NCBI GenBank assembly: GCA_020137815.1
Contig: CM035359.1
Coordinates: forward strand, 1,550,001-1,614,000
Length of the DNA: 64,000 nucleotides
Direction: 5' to 3'
Source of the DNA: Hormiphora californensis
Taxonomy: Eukaryota > Animalia > Ctenophora
The notes under the pieces are model-generated. The model saw only the letters and a program-made list of their open reading frames with translations, had not been told where the DNA came from and ran no database searches. Of this stretch, positions 62,371 to 64,000 are shown in pieces. The position numbers and the translations under genes are program-made. Within the stretch, counting starts at the first letter, position 1; each line of letters starts with the position of its first letter.

Positions 62371-63485
62371 TCATACTCCCTCCACAGGGCTGCCCCCTCC
62401 TACCCTGAAAACAGACTTTACTTTGTTTTTAAGGGGTGCAAATCCATAGCAGTAAAGTAGGGGCGTTAAAAGCTGGTGAAAAATCAGTATCTGAACACTT
62501 TTCACCTTGCTGGATCCTGGGTCCAGATTAGCAAACACGTTGCTGACGTATAGTCCGGTATCAAAGAGAGATACAATGAGGGCTTCACCCAAACAGCACC
62601 CAACCACCAGGTATATCGATTGAAATTTGTCCATCTTACAATCCCTCAACTTCATATTCCGTACCGCAGCCGCACCCGGTCGGAGTCTTAGTGATATGCT
62701 ACTGCTAGCCCTTCGGATGTCATAGTCTGATTTGCTTCTCATCCGAAACCCCGCTTTAGAAGGAGAGAAAGAGCTTCTTCGGTTGTCGATGATGGGCGAG
62801 GAGGCGATGCTACGGATTTCAGCCGCTTTTTTGGTGCTTTTACCCCATCGAGCAGTGTCTAGAGGACCCTCGTTTCCTCGTATACCAGGGAGGGTGATAG
62901 GTCTTGGTTGGATGGTTCCTCATGGGTGGATGCCATATGGAATGCTTCGTTCACTGGAATTATACCCTGGTCCTGATAGAGAGAGGATAACAGGGGTGTA
63001 AGCATAATCGATAATCGATAATTATCCTCGAGGCGGTGTGAAAAAGTATGAAGTTACAATAGTTGGAACTACAACGATCGCCATATCATACCACAAATAT
63101 TTCAGTCCCTTTCGGTAGACACAAATGGTTACTTACCAGATTTAATGGGTGAGAGTGCACTTTTGTTTTTGCTCCGATCCTTTTCTTTTTTGCTCTCCGG
63201 GACCGTTTCTTTTTCATCTTCTTTCCTGGAATTATAAAGTTAACATATTGTATCCTGGAATATTATTTCTTCGTCGGTATGTGATGTGTGCAGTTCCTGT
63301 CATCTAAAATTACCATGGGAACGGCTTCATTCCGTTACACTTACTAAGTGTGTGGATCATGGAGGAGTAAAGTAGCAAAAGAATCAAAATGGGGAGGATG
63401 TTGGTAATCAGGTACCAGGCATGAAATACCATGTTGTTGTTCATGTCCGGTAGGCAGTAGTTTAGTGTTGAGTTAAATGAACACC
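62371..63485 (-). CDS. 3' portion (TM5-ICL3-TM6-TM7) of a class-A-like GPCR; 5' part not in view; reading frame unresolved near 62850-62930
   Basis: Exon 63485-63314 (YCLPD..WYLITNILPILILLLLYSSMIHTL), exon ~63227-63138 (basic loop), terminal exon with IYLVVGCCLGEALIVSLF and HQLLTPLLYCYGFAPLKNKV, stop at 62371. Confidence 0.6.
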
Positions 63486-63664
63486 CTGCATGGGAATATA
63501 ATGTTGAATATTTGGGAAATATATAGTAACTATTTGTGTTGAAATGTTCAAATTGTAGTTGTTGAGTCAATTAAAAGAACACCCTGCATGGGAATATAAT
63601 GTTGAATTTGGGAAATATATAGTAACTATTTGTGTTGAAATGTTCAAATTGTAGTTGTTGAGTC
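63478..63664 (-). repeat. ~98-bp duplication spanning the GPCR acceptor
   Basis: Minus-strand ATTATATTCCCATGCAG|GGTGTTC occurs twice (CAG at 63488-63486 and 63586-63584). Confidence 0.85.
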
Positions 63665-64000
63665 AGTGATGGTTATGCTCATCACGATCTCAACTACTTT
63701 TCGATTACTTTTACGCAATGATGGGGCGCTAAACACATTCTCGTGATTGGACCATCTCTACACGTAAGAACTGTCAGAGCATTGGCCTGACCCTATTCTC
63801 ATTTCTTCAACACGAAGCGTGGTATTGACCTGGCAGCGTCAGACTTGTACGCCATGCGGTGATGGAACTAAAACAATGATATAACACATAACGTGAAATG
63901 AGTGTGGAATTGTGGAATTGAGATTGAAACCCTCTCTTATAAACGGCAAAGTATGTCATACGGCGGTATAAATTAAACCATGGATCTCAAAACATACCTT

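Overview
Eukaryotic, intron-rich and transposon-dense genomic DNA. It is most likely from a ctenophore (Pleurobrachia-like), inferred from the recurring MITE families and gene families as I recall them, not from a search. Most ORF-track entries are repeat artefacts. Manual splicing with phase-checked GT-AG junctions gives: (1) a ~17-exon, ~1000-aa disordered phosphotyrosine docking protein (3341-22845, +); (2) a nested antisense sushi-domain gene fragment split by a non-LTR element; (3) an LDLa-repeat GPCR (25065-30140, -) whose long exon is cleanly split by two TEs; (4) a ~23-exon CatSper4-like channel (31297-60876, +) with a nested GPCR pseudogene; (5) the 3' part of a class-A-like GPCR (-) at the right end. 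The most striking pattern is that tandem repeats are repeatedly built from the intron/exon junction itself: arrays of 2 to ~85 copies of the splice acceptor plus the exon start, where only the last copy runs into the real exon. Separately, 3 of 8 copies of a 109-bp hAT-like MITE have their 8-bp target duplication exactly at intron positions +1..+8 of splice donors.
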